Shown in pieces: positions 27,816-44,376 of a stretch of DNA of 64,000 bases. The stretch lies in the NCBI RefSeq assembly GCF_009914755.1, contig NC_060947.1; one strand, 5' to 3'. The number at the start of each line of letters is the position of its first letter. The first letter of the stretch is position 1. Position numbers and translations under genes: made by a program. The notes beneath the pieces were generated by a model. The model saw only the letters and a list, made by a program, of their open reading frames with translations. It ran no database searches and had not been told where the DNA came from. Source of the stretch: the human T2T-CHM13v2.0 reference genome, Homo sapiens.

Positions 27816-28418
27816 GTAGGTCATTATAAATCTGTGGTTTTTACTTTGAGGGAAATGGGAAGCCAATTAAGGGATCTGAGCAGTGAAATGACAATGATCT
27901 CACATGTTTCATGAGGACAACTCTTGCCACTGTGTGAATTGACTGGAGAAGAGCAAGGATGTAAGCGGGAGACCAGTGAGAAGGCTATTACAGTCCAAGA
28001 GAGATGCACTAGGGTCATAATGGTGGAGTCGAGAATTGGTGATATTCTGGATTCATTTTGAAGACAGAGATGACAAGATTTGCTGATGGATTGGATGTGG
28101 GATATAAGAGAAAGGAATTAAAGATGACTTCTAAGGGTTTTGGAGGAATAGGAATTACAAAAATGAGTTCCACATAGATCTTGCCATAAATGAGCTTACA
28201 ACATAGGAGAGACAAGGTGTGTACGCAAGTGCCATATATACTACATGGCAGAAAGCACTATGCTCCATAATACAGTGCCAAGTACAATAAAAAAGTTCTG
28301 GAGATGGTTGCACAACAATGTGAATGTACTTATTGCCACTGAAAAATGGTTAAAATGGTAAATTTTTATTTATTTACTTATTTTTATTTATTTTTAATTT
28401 ATAAATTTTAATTTATAA

Positions 28419-28670
<252 letters not shown>

Positions 28671-28673
28671 TGA

Positions 28674-29058
<385 letters not shown>

Positions 29059-29789
29059 TAAATTTTATGTTATGTACATTTTACCACAAGAAAACAACGG
29101 TGCTTAAAAAAAGCAAAAACAAATATTAGAGAAGTGCCACTAGAGTTCAGAGCATGGAGAGATGAACTTCAGCTAAGAAAATCAGAGAAGGCTTTGTGTA
29201 CGGGCAGTCTTTTTTTTTTTTTTTTTTTTGAGACGGAGTCTCGCTGCCTTCCACGGGCAGTCTTTTCACATAGGCAGAGGGAGTAGTTTGAACAAATTAG
29301 CGGAAGGCAGGAAAACTGAGGATAGGCGGGGCACAAGGAGTAGTTCTGATTTGTTAGAAGATAGGGTAGGGCACCCAAGGGGAGAATAAACATGCAACTA
29401 CGAGTTTTAAGAAAATTCTTTCCTCTCCTCCCTCCAAGTTCCCTTGTTGTGAAGGGAGGATCATATCTTGTATCACTTGATTTCATTTGAAATGAAATAT
29501 TCAGAATCCATCATCTCACCACATTACCCTGTAAGATCCCATTTTCCTGAAACAAAAATTCCTATGTTGATCTGACAATCCTACAACGCATTTGAAATAA
29601 ATCCAGGGTATGACCAGCATTTTATGTACACAGACTTCCTTTGTTTCCGGTCCATCTGCTTTCTTTTTCCTCTATTAATTTTCCCTTCACCTCCCAATCT
29701 TAACCCCCGCCATTCCCCCAGGGTCTCCCTTTCTTGTCATCCCTTTCATCCTTCCCTTCTTGGAAACAGATCCGATTCTAACCTCAGTT

Positions 29790-29965
29790 ACCTTATTAGC
29801 CGCGTGATACTGGGATAGTTATCCCCTGTGGGCCTCAGTTTCCTTTGTAAAATGGGCTTATTAAACCCCCAAAGACAGTGCTTATCTTACAGGGTTGTCA
29901 ACATTACAACAAAGAACACGTTATATGCCTAACACAGTACCTGATCTATAGTAAGAACTCAACAT
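29790..29965 (+). mobile_element. MIR SINE just upstream of the promoter
   Basis: Core GGGCCTCAGTTTCCTTTGTAAAATGGG and tail AACACAGTACCTGATCTATAGTAAGAACTCAA. Confidence 0.75.
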
Positions 29966-30134
29966 TTTCGCCCCTTCTCCTCCTCTTTTCTGTCCTTGTG
30001 CCTTTCTTCCACTATTCCTCAACCCCAGGGCCCAACAGGTAAAAACCGTGGGAAAAACCATCCTTAAGGCTGAAAGAAGAAACACTGGAGCTGGGGGCGG
30101 AGACTACGAGGTGCTCACTGCGCATGTGCGCGCG

Positions 30135-30305
30135 CTAGGTCAGCTTCTCGGTTCCAGCCGGGCGGGGGGGTCGGGTGGGGGTGGGGGTAGGGGTTGCAAG
30201 GGCCTCATTTTTTCTTACTGCCCCCATCCGGTTCGGGGAGGTGGCGGGACCTTGGCGGCGCCCGGAGCCGGCGTGGCGCTCATCGAGGGACGCCCGGCCC
30301 AAGTG
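30135..30305 (+). other. XIAP: Upstream alternative non-coding first exon (5' end approximate)
   Basis: Consensus donor GTG|GTAAGT at 30305/30306, downstream of the GC box/NRF1 motifs in the CpG island. Confidence 0.65.
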
Positions 30306-30544
30306 GTAAGTTGAAAAATGGCGGAGGGGGGAAGAAGGAGGGGCTTTGCAGGGCAGGAGGCTGACCTCCCGGCCGGGGGTGGGAGGGACACGCCGGGGCC
30401 CAGTGGCGCAGCCCGGGCTGGGAGACTGACGGACCGCGCCCGGTGTCTCTTTGAGGCCCTGACGTGGACACACTTCGGGTTTCACGACTCCGGGTTTCTC
30501 CAGGGGATGGGCCGGCCGGTAGAGGCGCGTGAGGGAGACGAAGG

Positions 30545-30693
30545 GACTTCCGTTTCCTTCACCTAGGCTGGGGCCAAGCCGCAGAGCGGAGTTGGCATTT
30601 CCAGATTGGGGCTCGGGCCGCGCCTCCTCCGGGACCCTCCCCTTGGACCGAGCCGATCGCCGCGGGGCAGTTCGGGCCGGCTGTCCTGGCGCG
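30545..30693 (+). other. XIAP: XIAP main non-coding exon 1 (5' end approximate)
   Basis: Ends CTGTCCTGGCGCG|gtgggt; matches my recall of the XIAP mRNA junction ...CTGGCGCG-AAAAGGTGGAC. The TSS cannot be fixed from sequence alone. Confidence 0.8.
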
Positions 30694-32394
30694 GTGGGTA
30701 CAGCTTGTGTAGGCTTTCCCCTCCCCCGCTTTCCCTCCTTCCCCTCTCCTCCCTCCCCTCTTCTTTTCCCCTCCACTTCCCTCGGGCCGGCGCTGCTGGG
30801 GAGGGCGGGAAGGCCGCGCCAGCCCATCAGGGGTGGCCCGGCCCCGGCTGCTTGCCCGGGTTCCTCGGACTGCCGACGGCAGGCGTGGGTGGGTGGGTGA
30901 CTTCAGGCCTGCAGGATTGCCTTCCTAAACCCTGTGACACCTAAGGTAAATTGAGGCAAAGAACTTTTTAAAAAAATATGATCAAAGGGATTTCCTCCCC
31001 ATGTGATAACCTGTGGCTTGTGTGGAGCAGGGTGGAGTGTGTCTGGAGAGGGCATATGAAACTGAAAGAATAAGGGCCAAAGAGCTTCCGGAAGAGGAAA
31101 TTAGCTGGTGATTCTTTCCAATCTGCTTTCCCAGTCACCTTTCCGGCATGTTCTGTAAAACAAAATGTAATTTGACTTTGTTTCATTATTTTAACTCCAT
31201 AACACTTAAATTGTTTTCTTTTCGGGGAGGGGAGTGTTTATTCTCAAACTAAGCAGTAGCCCTCTCCACCTTCGAAAAAGGAACAACGTCAATCCAACCT
31301 TTGTTAAAAAACTCCAACCTATCAGATTTTAATAATCTAGTAGTTTGCTTTCAAATATAATTATGTCGCTAGTTCTGTCACAACTATACTTTGATAGTTT
31401 AATGACTCACAGAAATTTGTAAGACTGGAGGTTGCAGTAGTGTTTCTTTCTTATTCTTTTTTTTCCCCATAATATTTATTATAGTCAATGAACAGTGTTA
31501 CAGACGGCCATCTTAGAATTATAACATTTTAGAGTTGGAAGGGATCTTAGTCAAACCCTGTCCTTTTACAAAACCAGAAACCACGGCTTAGGAAGATTTC
31601 ATAGCTTGCTAAAGGCTATCCAACTAGTTAGATTAGAACCCATGTTATCTGGCTTCTTGCCCACCACTCTTACTGCGCAATTGCTCCATATCGCCTCCAA
31701 GCATGAAAATTAAATGTATTCAATTCAACACACATTTCTGAAGAGTATAATACTTTGTACCAGTGACTGTGGTACCACTTTCTATGTATTTCAATGTATT
31801 TAACATGCTTATGGAGTACTTGAGATTCCCCCCCACCCCCACATTCAAGAAGTGGCAACAGTTTAGATTTATACACACACCTTCACATGTACGTGTGTAT
31901 ACTTGCATTTGCTCAGATAGTTTCTTGAAGGATACACAATAAAAATGTTAATAGTAATGACTTATGGAGGAGAAGAGAGATAGAAGACTTTTTACTTTGT
32001 ACTTCACATGATCTAATGTACGGTTTGAATTTGTTATAAATTCGTATTGATTTCATAATTGAAAAGTTTTAAAGTTCACACCTTCCCACACAAATATATA
32101 TATCAACATAAGCAAGTATATACCAATGGTATGTACACATTTATGTGCATATATGTATTTATACATATCAGTGGTTTGTACTGTAAAATCCGGTATGATT
32201 CAGGTCAACTCAGCTGACAAAGCAGACCTCATTATTGGATACTCATGTTTCGTTTTCTTGTATTGCTCTCTCCTAATGTAAGATAGTAAAAATAATATGT
32301 TACTAGTCGTCATATATTTTTAGAAATTGTCCTAAGCTTCTTGATTATCAAATAATGTAGCAAACTTTTAACACATTTAAAATATCAAATCTGG

Positions 32395-32456
32395 GTACTT
32401 GCTTCAGTGGTAGCACATATACTAAAATTCGAACAATTCAAAGAAGATTAGCATGG
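32395..32456 (+). pseudogene. 3'-truncated, more diverged U6 snRNA pseudogene (U6 nt ~1-59)
   Basis: GTACTTGCTTCAGTGGTAGCACATATACTAAAATTCGAACAATTCAAAGAAGATTAGCATGG; ACAGAGA box mutated. Confidence 0.88.
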
Positions 32457-32752
32457 TGTTTTTTTTTATCAATTAATTAATTAATTTTTTTTTTTGAGAC
32501 GGAGTCTTACTCTGTCATCCAGGCTGGAGTGCAGTGGCCCTATCTTGACTCACTGCAGCCTCCGCCTCCTGGGTTCAAGCTACTCAGCCTCCCCAGTAGC
32601 TAGGACTACAGGCATGCGCCACCACGCCTGGCTAATTTTTGTATTTTTAGTAGACACCGGGTTTCCCCATGTTGGCCAGGCTGATCTCGAACTCCTGACC
32701 TCAGGTGATGCACCCGCCTCGGCCTCCCAAAGTGCTGGGATTAAAGGTATGA

Positions 32753-33548
<796 letters not shown>

Positions 33549-33663
33549 TTAAAAAAGTTAAGACTAGGGCCAAGTGCGGTGGCTTTCACCTGTAATCCCA
33601 GCACTTTGGGAGGCTGAGGTGGGCGGATCACCTGAGGTCAGGAGTTCAAGACCAGCCTGGCTA

Positions 33664-33906
<243 letters not shown>

Positions 33907-33927
33907 CTAGTTTTGTTTTTGTTTTGA

Positions 33928-34035
<108 letters not shown>

Positions 34036-34812
34036 TAGCTGGGATTACAGGCATGCGCCACCACGCCCGGCTAATTTTGTATTTTCAGTGGAGACGGGGT
34101 TTCTCCATGTTGGTCAGGCTGGTCTCAAACTCCCGACCTCAGGTGAAAAAGTGCTGGGACCTCAGGTGAAAAAGTGAGTCACTGCACCTGGCCCAGCTGT
34201 CTCGTTTTTAGAAATAGATTAAGACTCAAAAAAAATATTGCCCACCGTAATATATCTGATTATTAGCAAAGCTTGGACTAGAGTCTAGGTTCTAGTCTAG
34301 TGGCCCTTGTACTATACCTGTAATTTTATTGCTTTCTAGTGCATTGGATGATTCCAACTAGGCTGACAAAGTAATAATATCTAAAGGTTAGCCAGGACCA
34401 TTTCAATAGTTAAGAATTATTATTTTTTTCTTTGGTTTTTATTTTATTTTGTCTTCCTTTTTTTTTTCATTTTCAGGAAGTGAGCAGTTTCTCAAAATTA
34501 TTATAATTAATGGACCAGCTAATTTGTATAGTGCTTAAAATATTTTAGTAACATAAATTTTACTAAATAAATTTACTAATTTAGTAAATAAATGTTCTCC
34601 TTTTATTTCATTGTAAACATTAATTTCTTTAGTAAATCCTGTATTTATATTGTAAATGTTTAGCGATAAAATAATGATATTTCACTGTTTTTGTTTGGTC
34701 TAATATTTAAGTCTGGTAGGTAGTATTAGCAGAGAGCAAAACCTACAGTTTATGAAATAAACATTCATTGAGCACTTAATGTGTTCCAGGCATTCATTGT
34801 AGTATGTGGTAG

Positions 34813-35306
<494 letters not shown>

Positions 35307-35924
35307 TCCTGACCTCGTGATCTGCCTGCGTTGGCCTCCTAAAGTGCTGGGATTACAGGCGCGAGCCATCACACCAGGCCGCCTTTCTTCTTTTTTTTTT
35401 TTTTTTGCTTTTTTATGTTCGTCTGTTTTTATTTTGCTTTTGTGTGTTTGTTTGTTTTTCCATTGTTCTTTTGAGGCTGGGAGATTATCATGAGCTGTCA
35501 ATTCTCAAGCTTTATCTCTGTGAGATAATCTGGTAATAGTTTTATAAAATGTAACCTGTTAGCACTATTAAAGGACATTGTGTGAGTAGATATGAAGAGA
35601 CAAACAGTAGTGATAAGATAAAAAATACTTTAGAATTTAACAAATACTGTTTCTGTATCTTAGAGGTCATGTGCTACAGTGTTTGGAAAGAGCCCTACGT
35701 TGGGTACCACAGTACAGGTTATTGACTTTGTTTCCAATTAGCTGTGGGATTGTGCATGTCAATGACCCCATCTTTCTTTACATGTTCACATTTTTGATAT
35801 GTTATTTTAGGTGTTGAATTCAAAACATAAAAAGGGTATTTTAAGGCCGGGCGTGGTGGCTCACGCCTGTAATCCCAGCACTTTGGGAGACTGAGGCGGG
35901 CGGATCACGAGGTCAGGAGATCTA

Positions 35925-36191
<267 letters not shown>

Positions 36192-36804
36192 TCACCCAGG
36201 CTGGAGTTCAGTGCATGATCCCAGCTCACTGCAACCTCCACCTCCTGGGTTCAAGTAATTCTGGTGACTCAGCCTCCCAAGTAGCTGGGATTACAGGCGT
36301 GTGCTACCACACCTGGCTAATTTTTTTTTTTTTGGTATCTCTTTTTTTCCCCTCGGAGACAGAGTCTTGCTCTGTCGCCCAGAGCTGGAGTGCAATGGCT
36401 GCGATCTCTGTTCACTGCAGACTCCGCCTCCTGGGTTCAGGCAATTCTCCTGCCTCAGCCTCCCGAGTAGCTGGGATTACAGGCGCACGCCACCACAACT
36501 GGCTAATTTTTGTATTTTTAGTAGAGACGGGGTTTCACCATGTTAACCAGGTTGGCCTCGAACTCCTGACCTCGTGATCCACCCACCTCAGCCTCCCAAA
36601 GTGCTGGGATTACAGGTGTGAGCCACCACACCCAGCCTTTTTTGTATTTTAAGTAGAGACAGGATTTCACCATGTTGCCCAGGCTGGTCTTGAACTCCTG
36701 ACCTCATGTGATCTGCCCGCCTTGGCCTCCCAAAGTGCCAGGATTACAGGCATGAGCCACTGTGCCGGCCTTTGAGTATTTTAAGTTATAAAAGAAATAT
36801 GTGT

Positions 36805-37095
36805 TTCTATATATATTATATAATATATATTATACATGATATATAATATATATGATATAAATTATATTATATACAATATATTATATATGATTAATATATA
36901 ATATATGATATATCATATATAATATCAAAATATATAATATGTATATAATAATGTATGATATATATAATATAGTATATAATATATTACATGTATAATATAT
37001 TATATATAATATATAATACAATATATGTAAAATATATATAATATATAACACAATATAATATGTAAAATATATTACATATATAATATATATATTTT
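36805..37095. repeat. AT-rich low-complexity (TATA/TATAA-type) tract at an Alu tail
   Basis: About 290 bp composed almost entirely of A and T. Confidence 0.92.
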
Positions 37096-37110
37096 TCAGA
37101 CAGAGTCTAG

Positions 37111-37299
<189 letters not shown>

Positions 37300-38091
37300 T
37301 GATCTGCCCGCCTCGGCCTCCCAATGTGCTGGGATTCCAGGCATGAACCACCGTGCCTGGCCAGAGATATGTGTTTATTATAGAAAATTTATGAAATAGA
37401 ATAATGACGATCATATTGTCTACAGGTTGTTTTAATCCCCCCCCCCCCTTCAACATTCTATAGTTAACATTTCTGTTTTTTTTTTTGAGACGGAGTCTCG
37501 CTCTGTCGCCCAGGCTGGAGTGCAGTGGTGCGATCTCAGCTCACTGCAACCTCCGCCTCCTGGGTTCATGCCATTCTCCTACCTCAGCCTCTCTAAGTAG
37601 CTGGGACTACAGGTGCCCGCCACCACGCCTGGCTAATGTTTTTGTATTTTTAGTAGAGACGGGGTTTCACCATGGTCTCCATCTCCTGACCTCGTGATTA
37701 GCCCGCCTCAGCCTCCCAAAGTGCTGGGATTACAAGTGTGAGCCACTGCGCCCAGCAGTCTTTTTTTTTTTTTTGGTTTGGTTTGGTTTTTTAGACAGAG
37801 TCTCACTCTGTCCCCCAGGCTGGAGTGCAGTGGCACAATCTCAGCTCACTGCATCTCCGCCTCCTGGGTTCAAGTGATTCTCCTGCCTGAGCCTCCTGAG
37901 TAGCTAGGATTATAGACATGTGCTACCACGCCCGGCTAATTTTTGTATTTTTAGTGGAGGCATGGTTTCCCCATGTTGGCCAGGCTAGTCTTGAACTCCT
38001 GACCTTGTGATCCGCCCGCCTTGGCCTCCCAAAGTATTGGGATTACAGGTGTGAGCCCCCGTACCTGGCCTTTTTTTTTTTTTTTTTTTGA

Positions 38092-38238
<147 letters not shown>

Positions 38239-38818
38239 TAATTTTTCTATTTTTAGTAGAGATAGTGTTTTACCATGTTGGCCAGGCTGGTCTCGAACTC
38301 CTGACCTCAGGTCATCCACCTGCCTTGGCCTCCCAAAGTCCTGGGATTACAGGCATGAGCCACTGCGCCCAGCCTGAAGTCTTTCAAAATACATTTTTTA
38401 TTTATCCAGTGTATTATTTTATACTGCACTTTCTTCATCTGTAAAGTAACAGGGTCAGGCATGGTGACTCATACCTGTAAGCCCAGCACTTTGGGAGGCT
38501 GAGGTGGGAGGATTGTTTGAGACCAGCCTGGGCAACATCGTGAGACCCCGTCTCTACCAATAATAAAAAAATTAGCTGGATGTGATGGCACGCGCCTGTG
38601 AAGATCGCTTGAGCCCGGGAGGTCAAGGTGGCAGTGAGCCATGAGGGCACCACTGCATTCTAGCCTGAGTGACAAGAGTGAGGCCCTGTCTCAAAACAAA
38701 CAAACAAGCAAACAAACAAACAAAAAACCCAGGGTGGCTGGGCTTAAGGACTAGTTGATTCCAACGATTCAAAACCCATTATAATAGTTTTTAAGCCTGA
38801 TTATCTGAGATTTTGTCA

Positions 38819-39123
<305 letters not shown>

Positions 39124-39816
39124 CTATCTCAAAAAACAAAAACAGGAATTTGAGGCCAAATTTATGGATTATATATTTTATCTGCTCTGTATGTGGTTAA
39201 TAATAGGTTATCCTTTATATGATAAAAACATACTTATGTCCATTTTGCAGGACTTGGCATGGGCTTTTATTGTTTTAAATTGTGATACATTTGTAGCTCT
39301 GCTGTTTGATACATTTTGGGATTTGATTTTGGTATGATTTGGTACCCAGTCTTTGTTATGGATACATGTGATTCACCTTGTTATGATATAGTTTTATGTA
39401 TTTTCGAGGATATGGGTCATAGTGAAAAGTCACGTTTACCTGTACAGACTGAGAATAGCTTGATCTCAGATGGTCAGATGTTGAACCAAGTGGATTAAAG
39501 CTGATTTCTTAAACCGGACAAGGCTGCTGCCATTGTGCATTCCCTGGTACTTATAAAATATTATGGTTTGAAATTTTATTCTTATTTCTGTAATCATCTT
39601 ATTCACCTTAAATACAGAAATACAGACATCTGGCTGGGCGCAGTGGCTCACACCTGAAATCCCAGCACTTTGGGTGGCCGAGGCAGGTGGATCACTTGAG
39701 GTCAGGAGTTCAAGACCAGCCTGACCAACAGAGCAAAACCCCATCTCTACTAAAAAAATACAAAAAAAAAAAAAAAAAAAAAAGCTGGGTCATGCCTCTG
39801 CAATCCCAGCTACTTA

Positions 39817-39957
<141 letters not shown>

Positions 39958-40361
39958 TCAGCATATATTACCATGTGACTTAACCTTTCTATGGTTCTAG
40001 CTAATTTTTTAGGCCTTGAAAGGGAAGGAAGCCTAACATTTTCTGCTACCTCATTGGACTGTCCCTTCTGCCAGTAATCCTTGTAGTAATTTCCTTAGAC
40101 CTATATTGGTCATAATCACTGGGTGCATGACCTTTGATGAGTAACAGTCAGAACTACTGTTTCCTCATATTTCAGATGAGGCCTATGATATATTATGTAG
40201 GTTAAATTAGATTCCATATATGAAAACATTCTAAATTGTAAAGCACATTACATATGTTAGTTATTATCAAAGGTAACATCGTGAAAGAAGAGAAGATGAG
40301 CTATAGAATCACACAAGCCCATGCTTAAATTTTGACCTTACATTAAACCAAAGAGGATTGA

Positions 40362-40733
<372 letters not shown>

Positions 40734-42238
40734 TGAAGGAAAATGAAAATTAGTTTGTAGATAGTATTTGGGTACATGCGGACACTCATGAAATATGTTG
40801 TATCGTTTAAATTTGGTTTGTAGCACAGTTTCCTTTACTTTGTGTCATTTAAAAAAATTAAAACCTAGACAGAAGAGAAACGTACTAAATGTTTGAATAT
40901 AGATAGCACTGTGGCTTTCAGATAGAGTTAAATATTTTTACTGAAGAAAGAGAAAAGATGTGGGCTCTTATCCATAACTTGTTTGATCAGCCTGGGCAAT
41001 ATAGTGAGACCTTGTCTCTACAAAAAAAAATTTAAAAATTAGCTGAGTGTGCTGTCGCCTGCCTGGAGTCCAGCTCCTCAGGAGGCTGAGGTGGTAGGAT
41101 TGCTTGAAACCGCAAGGCAGGGGTTGCAGTGAGCCAAGATTGTGACACTGCACTCCAGTCTGGGCGATAGAGCAAGACCCTGTCCCAGAAGAAAAAAAAA
41201 AGTTGTTTAAGTACTTGCTTGAGATCCTAACATGATCATGGAATAGAATACTTCACTCTGAGGTGAGAAGATCACTTGAGGCCAGGAGTTCAAGACCAGC
41301 TTGAGCAACATAGTAAGACCCCATCTCTTTTTGTGTGTGCGTGTGTGTGTGTGAGGGAGTCGGAGTTTCACTCTGTCAGCCAGGCTGCTGGAGTACATTG
41401 GCACGATCTGGGCTCAATGCAACCTCCGCCTCCCAGGTTCAAGTGATTCTCCTGCCTCAGCCTACCGGGTAGCTGGGATTACAGGCATATGCCACCATGC
41501 CCAGCTAATTTTTGTATTTTTAGTAGGGGCCGGGTTTCACCATGTTGGCCAGGGTGGTCTCGAACTCCTGACCAAGTGATCCACCCACCTCAGCCTCCCA
41601 AAGTGCTGGGATTACAGGTGTGAGCCACCACACCTGGCCATGAGCCACCAAGCCTGGTCGAGACCCCATCTCTTAAAGAAAAAAAAAAGAATACTTCGTT
41701 CTGAGAAATGTCTAGGGGTAGGTATTACCTGCTTATGAAGTCATCCATGGCATTTCTGGAACCATCTGATTGTATGAACTGCTTTCTAATCACTCTGTCA
41801 GAATAAGTTATCTGGACAAAGTATCAGAGTACAGTAAGTTCCGGTTCCATGCCACTAATCAGCTCTATGGCCTTAGTCAAATCATTTACCTTCCTTATGT
41901 TTTAGTTTCTTTTTCTTTCTTTTTTTTTTTTTGAGACAGGATCTGGTTCTATCAGCCCAGGCTGGAGTGGCCAGGCTCAAGTGATCCTCCCACCTCATCC
42001 TCCCGAGTAGCTGGGACTACAGGCTCCAGCCACCATGCCTTAGTTTTTTGGGGTTTTTTTTGTTTTTTTGTTTTTTTTAGTGACTGGGTCTACCTATGTT
42101 TCCCAAGTGGATTAGTTTCTTTTTCTGTAAAGTAAGAGAATGATTTTTATTATCCTGTCCAGCAAGACATAGTTATTATGAACAATTTTTGCTCGTGAGT
42201 GTCTACAAAATATAATAATGGCCGGGTGCGGTGGCTCA

Positions 42239-42558
<320 letters not shown>

Positions 42559-42980
42559 TTAAAATTATTTTAGGGAAGTTTTTGCCCAAAGTTCGCGGAT
42601 ACTTCTTTCTTCTTACCAGGCCCCAAAGTCATTGTAAATTTTTACAAGGCAGTGGATGAACAGTTCATAACTCCAAAGATAGATATCACTCAGAAAAATT
42701 TTTCCACAAGAAGTCCTTTTTTTTTTTTCGTCCTTTTTTTTTTTGGCACACTAGTGTCTCACTTAGCAAGTCCTTTTATTTTCAACTCAAGTTAACAATA
42801 AGTTGGCCGGGTGTGGTGGCTCACGCCTGTAATCCCAGCACTTTGTGAGGCTGAGGCGGGCAGATCACCTGAAGTCAGAAGTTTTGAGAACAGTCTGGCC
42901 AACATGACGAAACCCCGTCTCTACTAAAAATACAAAAATTAGTCGGGCATGGTGGCGCGCCCCTGTAGTCTTGCTACTCA

Positions 42981-43082
<102 letters not shown>

Positions 43083-43426
43083 TCACAAAAAAAGAAACCC
43101 AATAAGTAGCAATCAGGTATCACCTGTGTTTCTCAGCCCTTCTCTTCTGCTGCTGGTTTACTGCCACTCAAGCAGTGGACCAAAAGGCATTTGTTTCTGG
43201 CCAACCACCATGGACATGATCTGATGACTGCTTTTATCTCTGGGACTTGACCTGTATCCCTCTCTCTCTCTTTTTTTTGGATAGCTTTTCATTCTGTCTC
43301 CCAGGGTACAGTGCACTGGCACAATCATAGCTCACTGCAGACTCTGCTTCCCAGGCTCAGGCAGTCCTTCCACCTCAGCTTCCTGAGTAGCTGGGACTAC
43401 AGGCATGTGCAACCATGCCCGACTAA

Positions 43427-43890
<464 letters not shown>

Positions 43891-44040
43891 TGAAACCTGA
43901 TGATCGCCAGGCACGGTGGCTCACGCCTGTAATCCCAGCACTTTGGGAGGCCAAGGCGAGCAGATCACTTGAGATGAGGAGTTTGAGACCAGCCTGGCCA
44001 ACATGATGAAACGCTGTCTCTACTAAAAATACAAAAATCA

Positions 44041-44376
<336 letters not shown>

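Larger units (their letters stand above)
26330..28150 (-). mobile_element. L2 LINE fragment, interrupted by an Alu (26597-26900) and the MLT1
   Basis: CAACAAATATCTTCTGAGCAC...CTGTGTCAGATACTGTTCTAAGCACT 3' end; GATTTGCTGATGGATTGGATGTGGG body motif. Confidence 0.8.
30090..30900. promoter_or_regulatory. XIAP: CpG-island, TATA-less promoter of XIAP
   Basis: Only non-Alu CpG-rich stretch in the window. GC box GGGGCGGAG 30094-30102, NRF1-like TGCGCATGTGCG 30119-30130, YY1-like AAAATGGCGG 30315-30324, TGACGT 30460-30465, ETS ACTTCCG 30546-30552 overlapping kB-like GGGACTTCC 30543-30551. Confidence 0.93.

Noticed and set aside
30048-30944. Overlapping Gly/Pro/Arg-rich ORFs on both strands, up to 230 aa
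   Set aside because: Expected from stop-codon scarcity in a CpG island; no recognisable domain.
31493-31520. CAGTGTTACAG...TTAGAATT resembles the U7 snRNA 5' end
   Set aside because: Only 11 nt plus 8 nt match, no 3' hairpin, and the second part runs into a MIR-like fragment.
34571-34589. AT-rich inverted repeat ATTTACTAA-T-TTAGTAAAT (similar ones at 28396-28421 and 6050-6075)
   Set aside because: Short palindromes are common in AT-rich low-complexity DNA.
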